Positions 17,118-27,039 of a DNA stretch of 40,826 bases are shown here, in pieces. Numbering within the stretch: the stretch's first letter is position 1; each line of letters starts with the position of its first letter. The stretch comes from a virus (lineage: Duplodnaviria > Caudoviricetes): the IMG/VR virus record IMGVR_UViG_3300033494_000004, positions 1 to 40,826 of that record; one strand, given 5' to 3'. A program made the translations under genes and the position numbers. Under the pieces are notes generated by a model that was not told the origin of the DNA, ran no database searches, and was given only the letters and a program-made list of their open reading frames with translations.

Positions 17118-17263
17118 TGCGAACTTATAAAAACTATTATAAAATAAAATGTATGTCAGAACATACTATATATACTACTTTGAATCGTAAAATTATTTAT
17201 TGTATTCATGAATTATCTTATAGATTATCTAAATTACCTAAAATAAATTATCTCAAATTATGA
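17117..17263 (+). CDS. array micro-ORF 18 (48 aa)
   Basis: MRTYKNYYKIKC...; TAATG overlap; its stop overlaps ATG 17260. Confidence 0.6.
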   Translation: MRTYKNYYKIKCMSEHTIYTTLNRKIIYCIHELSYRLSKLPKINYLKL

Positions 17264-17907
17264 AACAGAATCACATTGAATCTATTATTAAATTAATAGA
17301 AGTATGTAGAGGTCTTACCAAAGACGAATTATCAGATTTAATGAACTTATTACATGGAAGTGAAGAAACATTCACTCCAGATCAAATGAGATCATTACCA
17401 AGTAAAAGTGCTCTTGTAGAGGTAGTACAGAGTAACGAATTTAGACCAACAAATAGAAAGGTCAATATTTATAAACTTAAAGATTTAGATTTGAAAAAAC
17501 ATTTAATTAATGTAACAGATTTAGATCCAGAACAATTAATTAACAAAGAAACTGAAATGCTTAAACAATTATTTGGGTATAACCCTAAAACAATTACTCC
17601 TGTGGTAACTAATACTAAAGAAATAGAAAGAACATACGTTAATGGAAAAGGTGATAATATGTGTACTATTACTGTAAAATTACAGTTGAAAGATACCTTA
17701 ACAGTTACTCATGCTTTGATTACATATAGAAAAGGTAGATATGGTAATTATAGATCTATTTCAGAGGAAATTAACGATGAAATGAAAGCCAATGATATGA
17801 AAGGTCTATTAGCTCGCAGAGTAGCAAATTGCCATTCTATTTTAGATAATGCAGTAACTAATGTAATGCCATTTGAATTTAATACTGTAGAATCAGATCA
17901 CGAATGA
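17260..17907 (+). CDS. hypothetical protein upstream of DNA polymerase
   Basis: 215-aa ORF with ATGA overlaps at both ends. Confidence 0.8.
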   Translation: MKQNHIESIIKLIEVCRGLTKDELSDLMNLLHGSEETFTPDQMRSLPSKSALVEVVQSNEFRPTNRKVNIYKLKDLDLKKHLINVTDLDPEQLINKETEMLKQLFGYNPKTITPVVTNTKEIERTYVNGKGDNMCTITVKLQLKDTLTVTHALITYRKGRYGNYRSISEEINDEMKANDMKGLLARRVANCHSILDNAVTNVMPFEFNTVESDHE

Positions 17908-20122
17908 TAGTATACGATTTAGAGGTATACCAAAATTTATTTTTATTTGTAGGTTATCATACAGAAAAAGATAAAACTATTATAGTAGAACTATCATCTA
18001 GAAAATGGGAATCTGATTTATTAATAGAATTAGCTAAATATTGTTATAATCAACAATTGCCTTTAGTTGGCTTTAATAATTTAAATTATGATGGTCCAAT
18101 GCTCGAATATATTTTATCACTTTTAATAAATTCCAATTTAAGTAATGATAAAATATTAAGTAAAGTAAAATCAAAATCAGATGAACTAGTAACTTCTAAA
18201 TCTAAATATCCTCCTAAATATAATCTAGGTATACCTCAAATTGATTTAATGAGGATAAATAGATTTGATGTACAAATGATCAGTTTAAAATACTTAATGT
18301 TTGCATTACGAGTATTAAATGTTCAAGAGTTACCATTTCATCATACTGCTGTATTAACTGATGAAGAAATTGATGTTGTTATAAATTATTGTAAAAATGA
18401 TATTACTACAACTATAAAACTATATGAAAGTTCAAAAGATAAAATTGATATGAGAAATCAATTGAATTTAGAATATAGTAAAAATTTTATAACAAAAGAC
18501 GATGCTCAGTTAGGTGAAGAAATATTTCTTTTAGAATTAGAGAAAGAAATGGATTGTGAAAGAAATAACTTTAAAAAAGTGGATAAAGGAATTTTGATTT
18601 CTTTTAAAGATTTAATATTTGATTATATAAAATTTGAATCTAAAGAATTTAATTTACTTTTAAATTGGTTAAAAGATGTTCAAACTATAGAAATAAAAGG
18701 TTGTTTAAATAGTTTAGAATATGAAAAATTAAAATCATTAGAAGGATATTATAAAGAAAAAAAAGTAAAAGGAAAACAAGATTACTTTAACATATTATAT
18801 AAAGGAAATGAAATAGTATATGGAGTGGGTGGCGTACATTTTTCTACTGAAGGATCGTTTATTTCTGATGATGAAAATATGATATTAGATGTAGATGTAG
18901 AAGCAATGTACCCTAGTTTATCTATCTCAAATCAATTTTATCCGTCTCAATTTGGATTAAGTTTTTGTAATGTGTATTCAAATTTAAAAGAAAAGCGTAA
19001 GTCTTATCCTAAGACTAATCCTTTAAATACAGCTATAAAATTAAGTATGAACTCTGTTTTATAAAAAGCAGCTTTGCGAAGCGATTCGCATTGAAAAATC
19101 GGGAGAATTAGGTGGAACTCTTAAATAAGACAATACCTAACCGAGCTTAGATGGGAATCTAAGAAGGTGTAGAGACTAATGATATACCACAAGACCTGTG
19201 ATGAAATCAACACGAGAACCCGACATCTTATATTATAAGATGATGATATAGTCCGAGCTATATGGTGACATATAGAACTAAATTTTAAATGAATTTAGGA
19301 TAACAACCCTGATACGGAAAAACTCAATCTGAATACAGTAAACTATTTGACCCTTCATACACATTAAAAACAACTTTGAATGGTCAACTAGTATTAACAA
19401 TGTTAATTGAGCAACTTAGTACTATAGATCATTTAAAAGTATTACAAATTAATACTGATGGCTCTACTATAATGTTTAATAGAAATGATTATAACAAAGT
19501 AGTTGAAATATGTAATAAATGGGAAAATCAAGTAAATTTAAAGTTAGAATACAATGAGTATAGTAAGATGTTTATATCTAATGTAAATAATTATATCTCG
19601 CAATATACTAACGGAAAAGTTAAATTAAAAGGTGCGTTTGAAATAGATCGAGGATTAGTTAAAGATCATTCTATGTTAATTGTACCAAAGGCAGCTAAAG
19701 CATACTTTATAGATAATATAAAACCAGAAGATTTTATATTATTTCATGATGATATATTTGATTTCTTTTTAGCAGTAAATGTTAAATCAAAAGAACATCA
19801 GTTATGGGAAGGTGAGTTAATAACAGAACAAATACCATCTAAAATAAAAAATAGATTTAAAACAATAGTTAGATTTGAAAAAGAAAGAAGATTACAAAAA
19901 GTAACTAGATATTTAGTAACTAAACAAGGTAAAACATTCATGAAAATAATGCCACCATTAGCTGGTAAAGATTCAATCAGAGAATCAAATATTCATGTTG
20001 ATTACTTATGTACTGAATGTAATAATTTAACAAATGTAAACTTACATTCTTTATTTAAATTAATAAACTATGATTTTTACATCAAAGAAACTTATAAACT
20101 TATAAATTCAATTAATAAATAA
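17904..20122 (+). CDS. polB: family B DNA polymerase, join(17904..19057,19312..20122), 654 aa after splicing
   Basis: ExoI YDLE, ExoII GFNNLNYD, ExoIII YCKND; motif A DVEAMYPS; motif B K-LSMNSV|YGK restored by splicing; motif C INTDG. Confidence 0.9.
19058..19311 (+). ncRNA. group I intron (IA2-like), no internal ORF, 254 nt
   Basis: Exon ends in U; P1 CUGU/GCAG with U.G wobble; P7 GACUA 19174-19178/UAGUC 19249-19253; P3 UCGGG/CCCGA; P8 CAUCUUAUA/UAUAAGAUG; P9 CUAUAUG-GUGA-CAUAUAG; terminal G at 19311. Confidence 0.92.
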
Positions 20123-20124
20123 CT

Positions 20125-20673
20125 ATGTTAGAAATATCATTACACGAAAGATTTTTCTTAGATCTTGGTTTTGACGAATTTCATGAAATAAACGATTTAC
20201 CTGATACAACTCTAAAAGACAAAGTATTATTTAAAAATATAACTAAACCTTTAATTTCTAAGTATAATTTAATTAACAAATTAATCATAGTATTAGGACT
20301 ATACAATAGTAAAGAAGAATCTTGCGATTTAGAATATTATACAATTGACATCAATGATTATATTGCTAATTTAAATAATGAATTTATGAATAATGAATCA
20401 TTAAATAAATTAGTAGTTAAAGTTTTTGGTGATAATGGATTTAACGGTGTCTTTGTAACCCATAACCATAATATTAATGTAGATCCTTTATGGAATTATA
20501 TTAAATCAAACTTAACTCCTATAAATTTAATAGAAAAATCATTAGTTATACCAGGATTATATATATTTGATGAAGTCGAATTTGATTTTTTCAGGGTACA
20601 TCAATTAAAATTAAACCCCAACTTATCTGAAAATTATAAAATAATAAATAAAAACATATCAGTAGAACTATGA
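20125..20673 (+). CDS. hypothetical protein, paralog of the next ORF
   Basis: FFLDLGFDEF...PGLYIFDE...DFFRV. Confidence 0.75.
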   Translation: MLEISLHERFFLDLGFDEFHEINDLPDTTLKDKVLFKNITKPLISKYNLINKLIIVLGLYNSKEESCDLEYYTIDINDYIANLNNEFMNNESLNKLVVKVFGDNGFNGVFVTHNHNINVDPLWNYIKSNLTPINLIEKSLVIPGLYIFDEVEFDFFRVHQLKLNPNLSENYKIINKNISVEL

Positions 20674-21341
20674 AATTAGTAATAAACACATTTGAAGAAT
20701 TTTTCCTAGATTTAGGAGTAGAGGAATTTTACGATTTATCAAAGTATCAAAATCAAATTCTACCAATTGAAATAGAAAATAAAGTTCTAGAAAGATTTAA
20801 AGAACTTGGATTAATGGATTCATTAATAATAGCTTTTAGAAGTTCTTTACTCATAGAAGGTGATTCAGAATATAGAACTAGCAATATTGATGATATTGAA
20901 ATAAATGGTAAGAAAACAGTAATGACGATACCATTAGTACCATATATTGAATATCTAACTAAATTAAAAAATGGTGAATCTGGTGATGAATATTTAGATA
21001 TTCTATTATTACCAAACGATGAACTAAGTAATGAAGATAGGCATAAACTATTAACATTAGAGTTTATGGATAAAATAAGCACTAGTTTTTCTTTATATGA
21101 AAAAGCTTTGGCTGATAAAAACTTTAGTTATATAGATAGTTTAAAACATTTATGTCAATCTAATTTTAGAACTATTCCTACTGTACAAACAGATTTAATT
21201 TGTCAAGAAGGATTGTTTGTATTTGATGAAGAAAGAGAGCATAAAGATTTTGTAAGAGTAAAGTCAATGGAATTAGTAGATGATGGAAGCATTAAACCTA
21301 CTAAAGATATACTTTTAGAATTAGATAATATAATCTGGTAA
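20670..21341 (+). CDS. hypothetical protein, paralog of the previous ORF
   Basis: FFLDLGVEEF...EGLFVFDE...DFVRV. Confidence 0.75.
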   Translation: MKLVINTFEEFFLDLGVEEFYDLSKYQNQILPIEIENKVLERFKELGLMDSLIIAFRSSLLIEGDSEYRTSNIDDIEINGKKTVMTIPLVPYIEYLTKLKNGESGDEYLDILLLPNDELSNEDRHKLLTLEFMDKISTSFSLYEKALADKNFSYIDSLKHLCQSNFRTIPTVQTDLICQEGLFVFDEEREHKDFVRVKSMELVDDGSIKPTKDILLELDNIIW

Positions 21342-22411
21342 TGGATAGAAATGAATTTCAAAAATTAACAGTAAATAATATAGTAAAAAATTATGAAGTA
21401 AGATTAAATTCGCTAGCATTACTTGCTACAGGTGTAGGTAAAACCAAAGTCGCAATAGAGTTTCTTGCTAAAATTGTAAATAAAATAAACAAGCAATCAA
21501 GAATACTATTTGTTGTCCCAACAGAAATACTTAGAGATGTTAACGTTCCAAATGAGTTCAAGAAATTTAGAAGAAAAGCACTTTATGATTTACACGTAGA
21601 TTCCATATGTTATGATTCATTGGTAAAATTAAATTTAAATGTATATGATATAATAATATTAGATGAAGTACATAATTTAACTTTACCAATGGTCAATTAT
21701 TTACTAACTACAAATTCATTTTTATTAGGTTTAACAGGTACAGAACCTCGTAGAAAACCATTTATAGTTGATATGCTAAAATTTGATATAGTTGGTAAAA
21801 TGTCATTAGATGAAGCTGTAGAAAATAAATTTGTATCAAATTATGAAATTAAAGTTGTATTTTCAGAACTAAATTTAAATGAAAAGATAATGTATAAAAG
21901 ATTATCTAGAATATGTGAGTTAGAACCTACTGAGCAAAATAATATTAAAAGAGCAAACTTCTTATATAGATTAGATTCTAAATTTGAAGTTGGTACTTGG
22001 ATATATAATAATCTAATATCGAAAGATGATAGAGCTATTATATTTTGTGGATCAATAGAGCATACTAAAAAAATATGTTCAAATGTTTATCATTCAAAAT
22101 CTGGTAAAAAAGCTCTTAACGATATGATTGATTCAAAAATAAATCATATTGCGTGTGTAAATGCATTGAATGAAGGAATTACTATACCTAATCTTAATAA
22201 AGGTATATTATTAAAAGTAAATAGTAATGAGAAAAACTTACTACAACAACTAGGTAGATTATTACGTGGTGATGATCAATCTACATTATATATAGTGTGT
22301 TCTAAAGGTACTCAGGAAGAAGTATGGTTGAACAGTATTTTAACATTTTTAAACAACGATAAAATAAATAAAACAACATATGAAGAATTAAAAAATGAAA
22401 AGATTAAATAA
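21341..22411 (+). CDS. SF2 DExH helicase (UvsW/ResIII-like)
   Basis: ATGVGKT, DEVH, LTGT, NEGITIP, QQLGRLLR. Confidence 0.9.
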   Translation: MDRNEFQKLTVNNIVKNYEVRLNSLALLATGVGKTKVAIEFLAKIVNKINKQSRILFVVPTEILRDVNVPNEFKKFRRKALYDLHVDSICYDSLVKLNLNVYDIIILDEVHNLTLPMVNYLLTTNSFLLGLTGTEPRRKPFIVDMLKFDIVGKMSLDEAVENKFVSNYEIKVVFSELNLNEKIMYKRLSRICELEPTEQNNIKRANFLYRLDSKFEVGTWIYNNLISKDDRAIIFCGSIEHTKKICSNVYHSKSGKKALNDMIDSKINHIACVNALNEGITIPNLNKGILLKVNSNEKNLLQQLGRLLRGDDQSTLYIVCSKGTQEEVWLNSILTFLNNDKINKTTYEELKNEKIK

Positions 22412-22934
22412 AGAGATAGAATTAAAATTTATAGAAAACGGAATTGATATTGATGAGGGATTTCTATTTCTATTGGCTATTTATTATGACTTAGAGTACA
22501 CTAGTTTGGTAGCTTATACAAGAGCTCAAATAACTACTTTAAAAATGGTAGATTTGAACTTAGATACTAAGAAATTGGAGTTAAAAATGAATTTATTTGA
22601 AGATGAATCAGTAGATGATTATTCAGATTATGATTTCATAATTCCAATAAGAAGTAAATTTAAATCAATAAATCCAGAGAGAAATGGACCTTTAAAAGAG
22701 GTTAAAGTTAGAATTGCTTCTTTTATGCGTGAAAATAAATCCGTAACCAAAGAAGAGATTATTGGAGCTTGTGAATATTATTTGGAATCTATAGATGATC
22801 CTCAATACCTTAAAAGTCTAAACTATTTTATAAAACATAAAAAGGATAGTCGATTATTATATTGGGTAGAATTATTTAGAGAACAAAAAGATTTAAATGA
22901 TAGAAATTTAAATAATACAACTTTATTCACATAG
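22395..22934 (+). CDS. hypothetical protein, possible replication initiator/helicase loader
   Basis: Position directly before the DnaB-like gene; function inferred from synteny only. Confidence 0.55.
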   Translation: MKRLNKEIELKFIENGIDIDEGFLFLLAIYYDLEYTSLVAYTRAQITTLKMVDLNLDTKKLELKMNLFEDESVDDYSDYDFIIPIRSKFKSINPERNGPLKEVKVRIASFMRENKSVTKEEIIGACEYYLESIDDPQYLKSLNYFIKHKKDSRLLYWVELFREQKDLNDRNLNNTTLFT

Positions 22935-22941
22935 AGACAAT

Positions 22942-24024
22942 ATGAACATATTAAAAGAAATTTCTTTAGGTCAATCTGGATATAACGTAGGATTAACAAC
23001 AGGTACTCCTTTAGATGAGGCAATAGGTGGTATATTAAAAAGACATTATTACTTAATAGGTGGTAGTCCTGGTTCTGGTAAAACAACAATGATATTATAT
23101 TCTTTTATAGTACAACCTTACCTTGAATGTTTACGAAATAAAGTAGTTCCACCATTATGGATATTCAATTCTTTAGAAATGTCTAGAACTGAAATAGAAG
23201 CTAAATTAATAGTAATATTTCTGTATTTAGACTATGGAATTGACCATTATGATAGTCAAGTAAAACGAATTAATTCTGATAACGTTGAAGAGCCAATAAA
23301 ACGTTATATCAGTTCTAATTATTTACTAGGTAGAGATACTTGTTATCACACTAATGATGATGGTACACAAGTTAAATGTATAGAACCTTTATCGACTTCT
23401 ATAGCTGAAAAAGTTAAAGAAGTTTATAATAATAGAATTATACCTTTAATGGGTAATTATGATGATGACGATAATCCGATTTCAGAACGAAGAGTTGTTT
23501 TCTGCACTAAATTAACTCTTGGTCAATTTGAAAATCAATTATTAGCTTTATCAAAAGTAAAAGAACCTGTACATAAAATTGTAATCACAGATCACATTAG
23601 AAAAGTAATGACAGAAGGTAAAACATTATATGAAACTATAAATGAGTTTTCAAACAAGTGCGTAGATTACAGAAATAGACATGGAATAACATTTGTAAAC
23701 CTAATTCATGTAAATAAAAGTGTCTCTGATGTAGACAGATTGAAATTTGCAGGTGATACAATATTTCCAGGTGACGAATCTATTAAAGGTAGTGAGAATT
23801 TATTAGAAGATTGTGATACAGGTATTACATTGTTTAATCCTTTAGATCAAAAATACAATTTAACAACTCATTTTGGAGTTAAATTATATGATGTTAATAA
23901 AAGATTAATTAACCCATACTTGAGGTCGTTTCACGTTATAAAAAGAAGATTTGGAGAGTTTCCTGCACATGGTCATATGAACTTAAAAGGAGCTTTAGGA
24001 GTTTACGAAAGAATACGTAAATAG
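22942..24024 (+). CDS. DnaB-like (SF4) replicative helicase
   Basis: GSPGSGKT, NSLEMS, ITDH, KGSENLLEDCD, IKRRFG. Confidence 0.8.
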   Translation: MNILKEISLGQSGYNVGLTTGTPLDEAIGGILKRHYYLIGGSPGSGKTTMILYSFIVQPYLECLRNKVVPPLWIFNSLEMSRTEIEAKLIVIFLYLDYGIDHYDSQVKRINSDNVEEPIKRYISSNYLLGRDTCYHTNDDGTQVKCIEPLSTSIAEKVKEVYNNRIIPLMGNYDDDDNPISERRVVFCTKLTLGQFENQLLALSKVKEPVHKIVITDHIRKVMTEGKTLYETINEFSNKCVDYRNRHGITFVNLIHVNKSVSDVDRLKFAGDTIFPGDESIKGSENLLEDCDTGITLFNPLDQKYNLTTHFGVKLYDVNKRLINPYLRSFHVIKRRFGEFPAHGHMNLKGALGVYERIRK

Positions 24025-24056
24025 AATTAACAAGTGAACAATTTATAATTAAAAAA

Positions 24057-24761
24057 ATGGCAGAAGTAATCATTGTATCAGGACCGACAGGGTCAGGTAA
24101 AACAACCTCATTAAGAAATTTAAATCCAGATGAAACATTTATTGTTAGATGTACAAATAAATCATTACCATTTGCAAAATCAAAGACATTATATAATACA
24201 GAAAAACAAAATTTATATACATTCAAAAGTGCTGATGAATCTAATCCAGTAGCAGGATATATTCAATTTGCACAAGTTGTAAAATATTTACCAACTCTTA
24301 AAAATATAAAAACAGTTATTTTTGATGATTTTGGAATGTTAATGTCAGATGAATTTTTATCTAGAGCAAAAGAACCAGGTTACACTAAATTTACAGATCT
24401 TAGTAAACATGTTAATGATAGTATTAATATGCTTAAGAATTTAGATATGGATGTAATCATAGTACTAATGTATCATGATGAAATAGATGGCGATGAATTT
24501 AATAGAGCAAGAAAGTTATCATTAATGGGTAGAATGACAGAGGATAAATGTCATCCTAGTAGGTCTGTTACATACCACTTATACACTCATACAACGTTTG
24601 ATAAAAAAGACAATAAAGCCAGTTACTGGTTTGTAACTAATGCAACCAAATTAGACAACATTAAAATAGAAGCTAAATCACCTATGGGTGTATTTGAAGA
24701 TATTTTAATACCAAATGATTTAGATTTCGTAATTAAAAGAATGCACGAATTTGAATCATAA
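24057..24761 (+). CDS. AAA_24 family ATPase (Sak4-like)
   Basis: GPTGSGKTTSLRNL, IFDD, AKSPMGVF, IPNDL. Confidence 0.8.
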   Translation: MAEVIIVSGPTGSGKTTSLRNLNPDETFIVRCTNKSLPFAKSKTLYNTEKQNLYTFKSADESNPVAGYIQFAQVVKYLPTLKNIKTVIFDDFGMLMSDEFLSRAKEPGYTKFTDLSKHVNDSINMLKNLDMDVIIVLMYHDEIDGDEFNRARKLSLMGRMTEDKCHPSRSVTYHLYTHTTFDKKDNKASYWFVTNATKLDNIKIEAKSPMGVFEDILIPNDLDFVIKRMHEFES

Positions 24762-24763
24762 AA

Positions 24764-24795
24764 TTTGCACAAAACAAAAAAAATTAATAACTTTA
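24764..24795 (+). promoter_or_regulatory. possible Bacteroidota-type promoter
   Basis: TTTG 24764-24767, 20-nt spacer, TAACTTTA 24788-24795 (one mismatch to TAnnTTTG). Confidence 0.3.
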
Positions 24796-24816
24796 CAAAT
24801 AAATAAATAACCAATC

Positions 24817-25095
24817 ATGGCAGAGCAAGTAAGTTTAACAGTTTCACAATTGAAACAAGACAAAGAAAATGGATTATCAACTAAAGAAATGGCTAAAAAC
24901 TATGGAGTACCAGAAGTAGCCCTTAAACAATTGTTCAAAGAACATCCATTGTTAAAAGAATTAAAATCTAAAAGAGGTGTTAAAATCAATTTAATTGATG
25001 ATATTACACCAACTGAACCAAAATCTACAGTTGAATTAAAAGTAGAAGAAACTCCAACTTCATTTCAACAAGAACAACAATCATTTCAACTTTAA
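24817..25095 (+). CDS. small HTH-like protein
   Basis: GLSTKEMAKNYGVPEVALKQLF. Confidence 0.65.
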   Translation: MAEQVSLTVSQLKQDKENGLSTKEMAKNYGVPEVALKQLFKEHPLLKELKSKRGVKINLIDDITPTEPKSTVELKVEETPTSFQQEQQSFQL

Positions 25096-25140
25096 TCATT
25101 AATCTCAATCATTAACTAACAATTTAATTATTTAAAAATT

Positions 25141-25950
25141 ATGTTCACATTTAGTAACGAAGTATTTGAAAACAAATCTCAATTTGACAATTCTGGATCA
25201 AGACCTAACTTAGGCTTAAACAAAGCTAGACTAGAAAAAGTAGAATATTTAACTTCTGACAAAGGTACATCATATGCTAAAATGCATTTCTTAGTAGGTA
25301 CTACTCCTATGAATGTATCCTTCTTTAATCTAACTGACATTTTCGTAAATGGAAATAAAATTAGTGTTGAAAATGTAAAATCAGAAGAAGAAAGAAAAGC
25401 TTTATCAAAAGAAACTTCTAAAGTTGCGTCTGCATTTTATCAGTTAATTACTTGTTATATTCCAGCAGAAGAAGCTCAACAACAATTAAACGAATTTCAA
25501 CAATTAGGAGGTAGCTTTACTCTTGAAAAATTAGTACAAGCATTTAATAAAATAGTTTCGTTTGATATGTATTCTGATGTTGATATTGATGTATTCTGTA
25601 TTCATCAGAAAAAGTTAACCGATGATGGCAAAGAATATTTAACAATTCAATCTTCACCTTATCCAGGTGAGACTATCTTTACAAAACATACTGGTGAATA
25701 CACAGAACATTTAACAGAGGAGACTAAAGCTGGTAAATCAGTTAAAACACTTGTTTATGTTAATGCAGAAGGCAAAGAACATCCTATTAAAAGAAGTAAT
25801 TGGTTTTTGACTAGTGAACATACTGGTTGGTTATCTAAATTAAAAACTACAAGTTCTGCAAGTCCATTATTAGGCTCAATTCCTAATGCAACTACATCTG
25901 CGGAAGCTCAAAGTCAGGTAACTGATTTATTTGGCAATCCAGTAAAATAA
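25141..25950 (+). CDS. putative single-stranded DNA-binding protein
   Basis: Synteny with the Sak4-like ATPase and primase; beta-rich N-terminus, low-complexity tail. Confidence 0.5.
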   Translation: MFTFSNEVFENKSQFDNSGSRPNLGLNKARLEKVEYLTSDKGTSYAKMHFLVGTTPMNVSFFNLTDIFVNGNKISVENVKSEEERKALSKETSKVASAFYQLITCYIPAEEAQQQLNEFQQLGGSFTLEKLVQAFNKIVSFDMYSDVDIDVFCIHQKKLTDDGKEYLTIQSSPYPGETIFTKHTGEYTEHLTEETKAGKSVKTLVYVNAEGKEHPIKRSNWFLTSEHTGWLSKLKTTSSASPLLGSIPNATTSAEAQSQVTDLFGNPVK

Positions 25951-25962
25951 ATTAATAAACTT

Positions 25963-25994
25963 AAATCCCCTTATTTAATTATAAGGGGATTTTT
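25963..25994 (+). terminator. intrinsic terminator
   Basis: AAATCCCCTTAT / ATAAGGGGATTT 12-bp stem plus T-run. Confidence 0.75.
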
Positions 25995-26007
25995 AATATA
26001 ATTTAAA

Positions 26008-27039
26008 ATGATTAACTTCGATTTTAAAAATGAAAAATTTAATGTTAGAGATTTTATAAGATCTTTTGATCAAATTAAATTATTCGAGTATTTTTTAAAT
26101 GAAGAAGTTTTGTTTAATACTAAATATACTAATCCATTTAGAAATGACACTAATCCAGGTTGTTTTTTTAGTGAGTCAGATGATTGCATAATATATTTTA
26201 ATGATTATTCATATAATCCAAATTGGTTTGATATAGTAGATTTCATAAGATTGGGATTTAATTGTTCATTTAATGAATCAATTGATATAATAAATGATTT
26301 AGAATTGAAAGGTTACGTATCTAAAAATACAATAATAAATCCTTTACCAATTAAAAAGCCAATCGTCAAAACTTCAGACAGATATTACCTTAAATATTTA
26401 CCTAAATCAGACTATTCTAATAAAGATTTAGAATACTGGTCTCAATATGGTATAGTAAAAGAACAATTGATAAATGATAGTGTATTTTCTGTAGATTTAT
26501 ATGAACAATTTGATTTTAAGAATAATCTTTATACAGTATATAAAAATCATGGATTAATGTTTGCTTATACTGATTTTACGAATAATGGATTAAAACTATA
26601 TTCTCCTTTAAGTAAAATTAAATGGCGAAGTAATCTTAATAAAAATGACTTAGGTAATATTACTAAAATAGATTATACTAAAGATTATATAATATTAACT
26701 AAATCATATAAAGATACTAGAGTATTAAAGAATTTAGGATTAACAAATGTTATATGGTGTCAATCCGAAACTTCATTTAATGAAGAGACAATAAAAGAAC
26801 TTTTTGTACAATTTAAAAGACCAATTGTATTTTTTGATAATGACAATGCAGGAATAAATTCAGCTATAAATCTAAGTAATTTTATAAAAGAAAGAATAGG
26901 AAGATGTGATAACATACATTTACCTGTTAATTTATTGTCAGAAAAAATAAAAGATATATCGGATCTATATAAATCTAAAGGTATATCTGAATGTTTAACA
27001 TTTTTAAAACAAGTAAGTTTAGATGAGTACATCGAGTAA
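26008..27039 (+). CDS. DNA primase (TOPRIM)
   Basis: NPFRNDTNPGC, TKSYKD, FFDNDNAG, KDISD. Confidence 0.85.
   Translation: MINFDFKNEKFNVRDFIRSFDQIKLFEYFLNEEVLFNTKYTNPFRNDTNPGCFFSESDDCIIYFNDYSYNPNWFDIVDFIRLGFNCSFNESIDIINDLELKGYVSKNTIINPLPIKKPIVKTSDRYYLKYLPKSDYSNKDLEYWSQYGIVKEQLINDSVFSVDLYEQFDFKNNLYTVYKNHGLMFAYTDFTNNGLKLYSPLSKIKWRSNLNKNDLGNITKIDYTKDYIILTKSYKDTRVLKNLGLTNVIWCQSETSFNEETIKELFVQFKRPIVFFDNDNAGINSAINLSNFIKERIGRCDNIHLPVNLLSEKIKDISDLYKSKGISECLTFLKQVSLDEYIE

Larger units (their letters stand above)
14674..17263 (+). repeat. tandem array of 18 mostly overlapping micro-ORFs (35-66 aa, ~140-bp period) with related heads
   Basis: Hand translation; recurrent head resembling ATGAGAACTTATAAA (M-[RK]-[TIA]-[YF]-K-L); see individual ORFs. 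Confidence 0.85.

Noticed and set aside
14674-17263. CRISPR array or DGR target reading of the periodic region
   Set aside because: Repeats are degenerate, always begin with ATG and open reading frames, and the period is about 140 bp. No cas or reverse transcriptase gene and no adenine-specific TR/VR pair is visible.
19376-20122. Separate polymerase subunit starting at TTG 19376
   Set aside because: It is exon 2 of polB; the frame is open from 19313 and intron boundaries are canonical.
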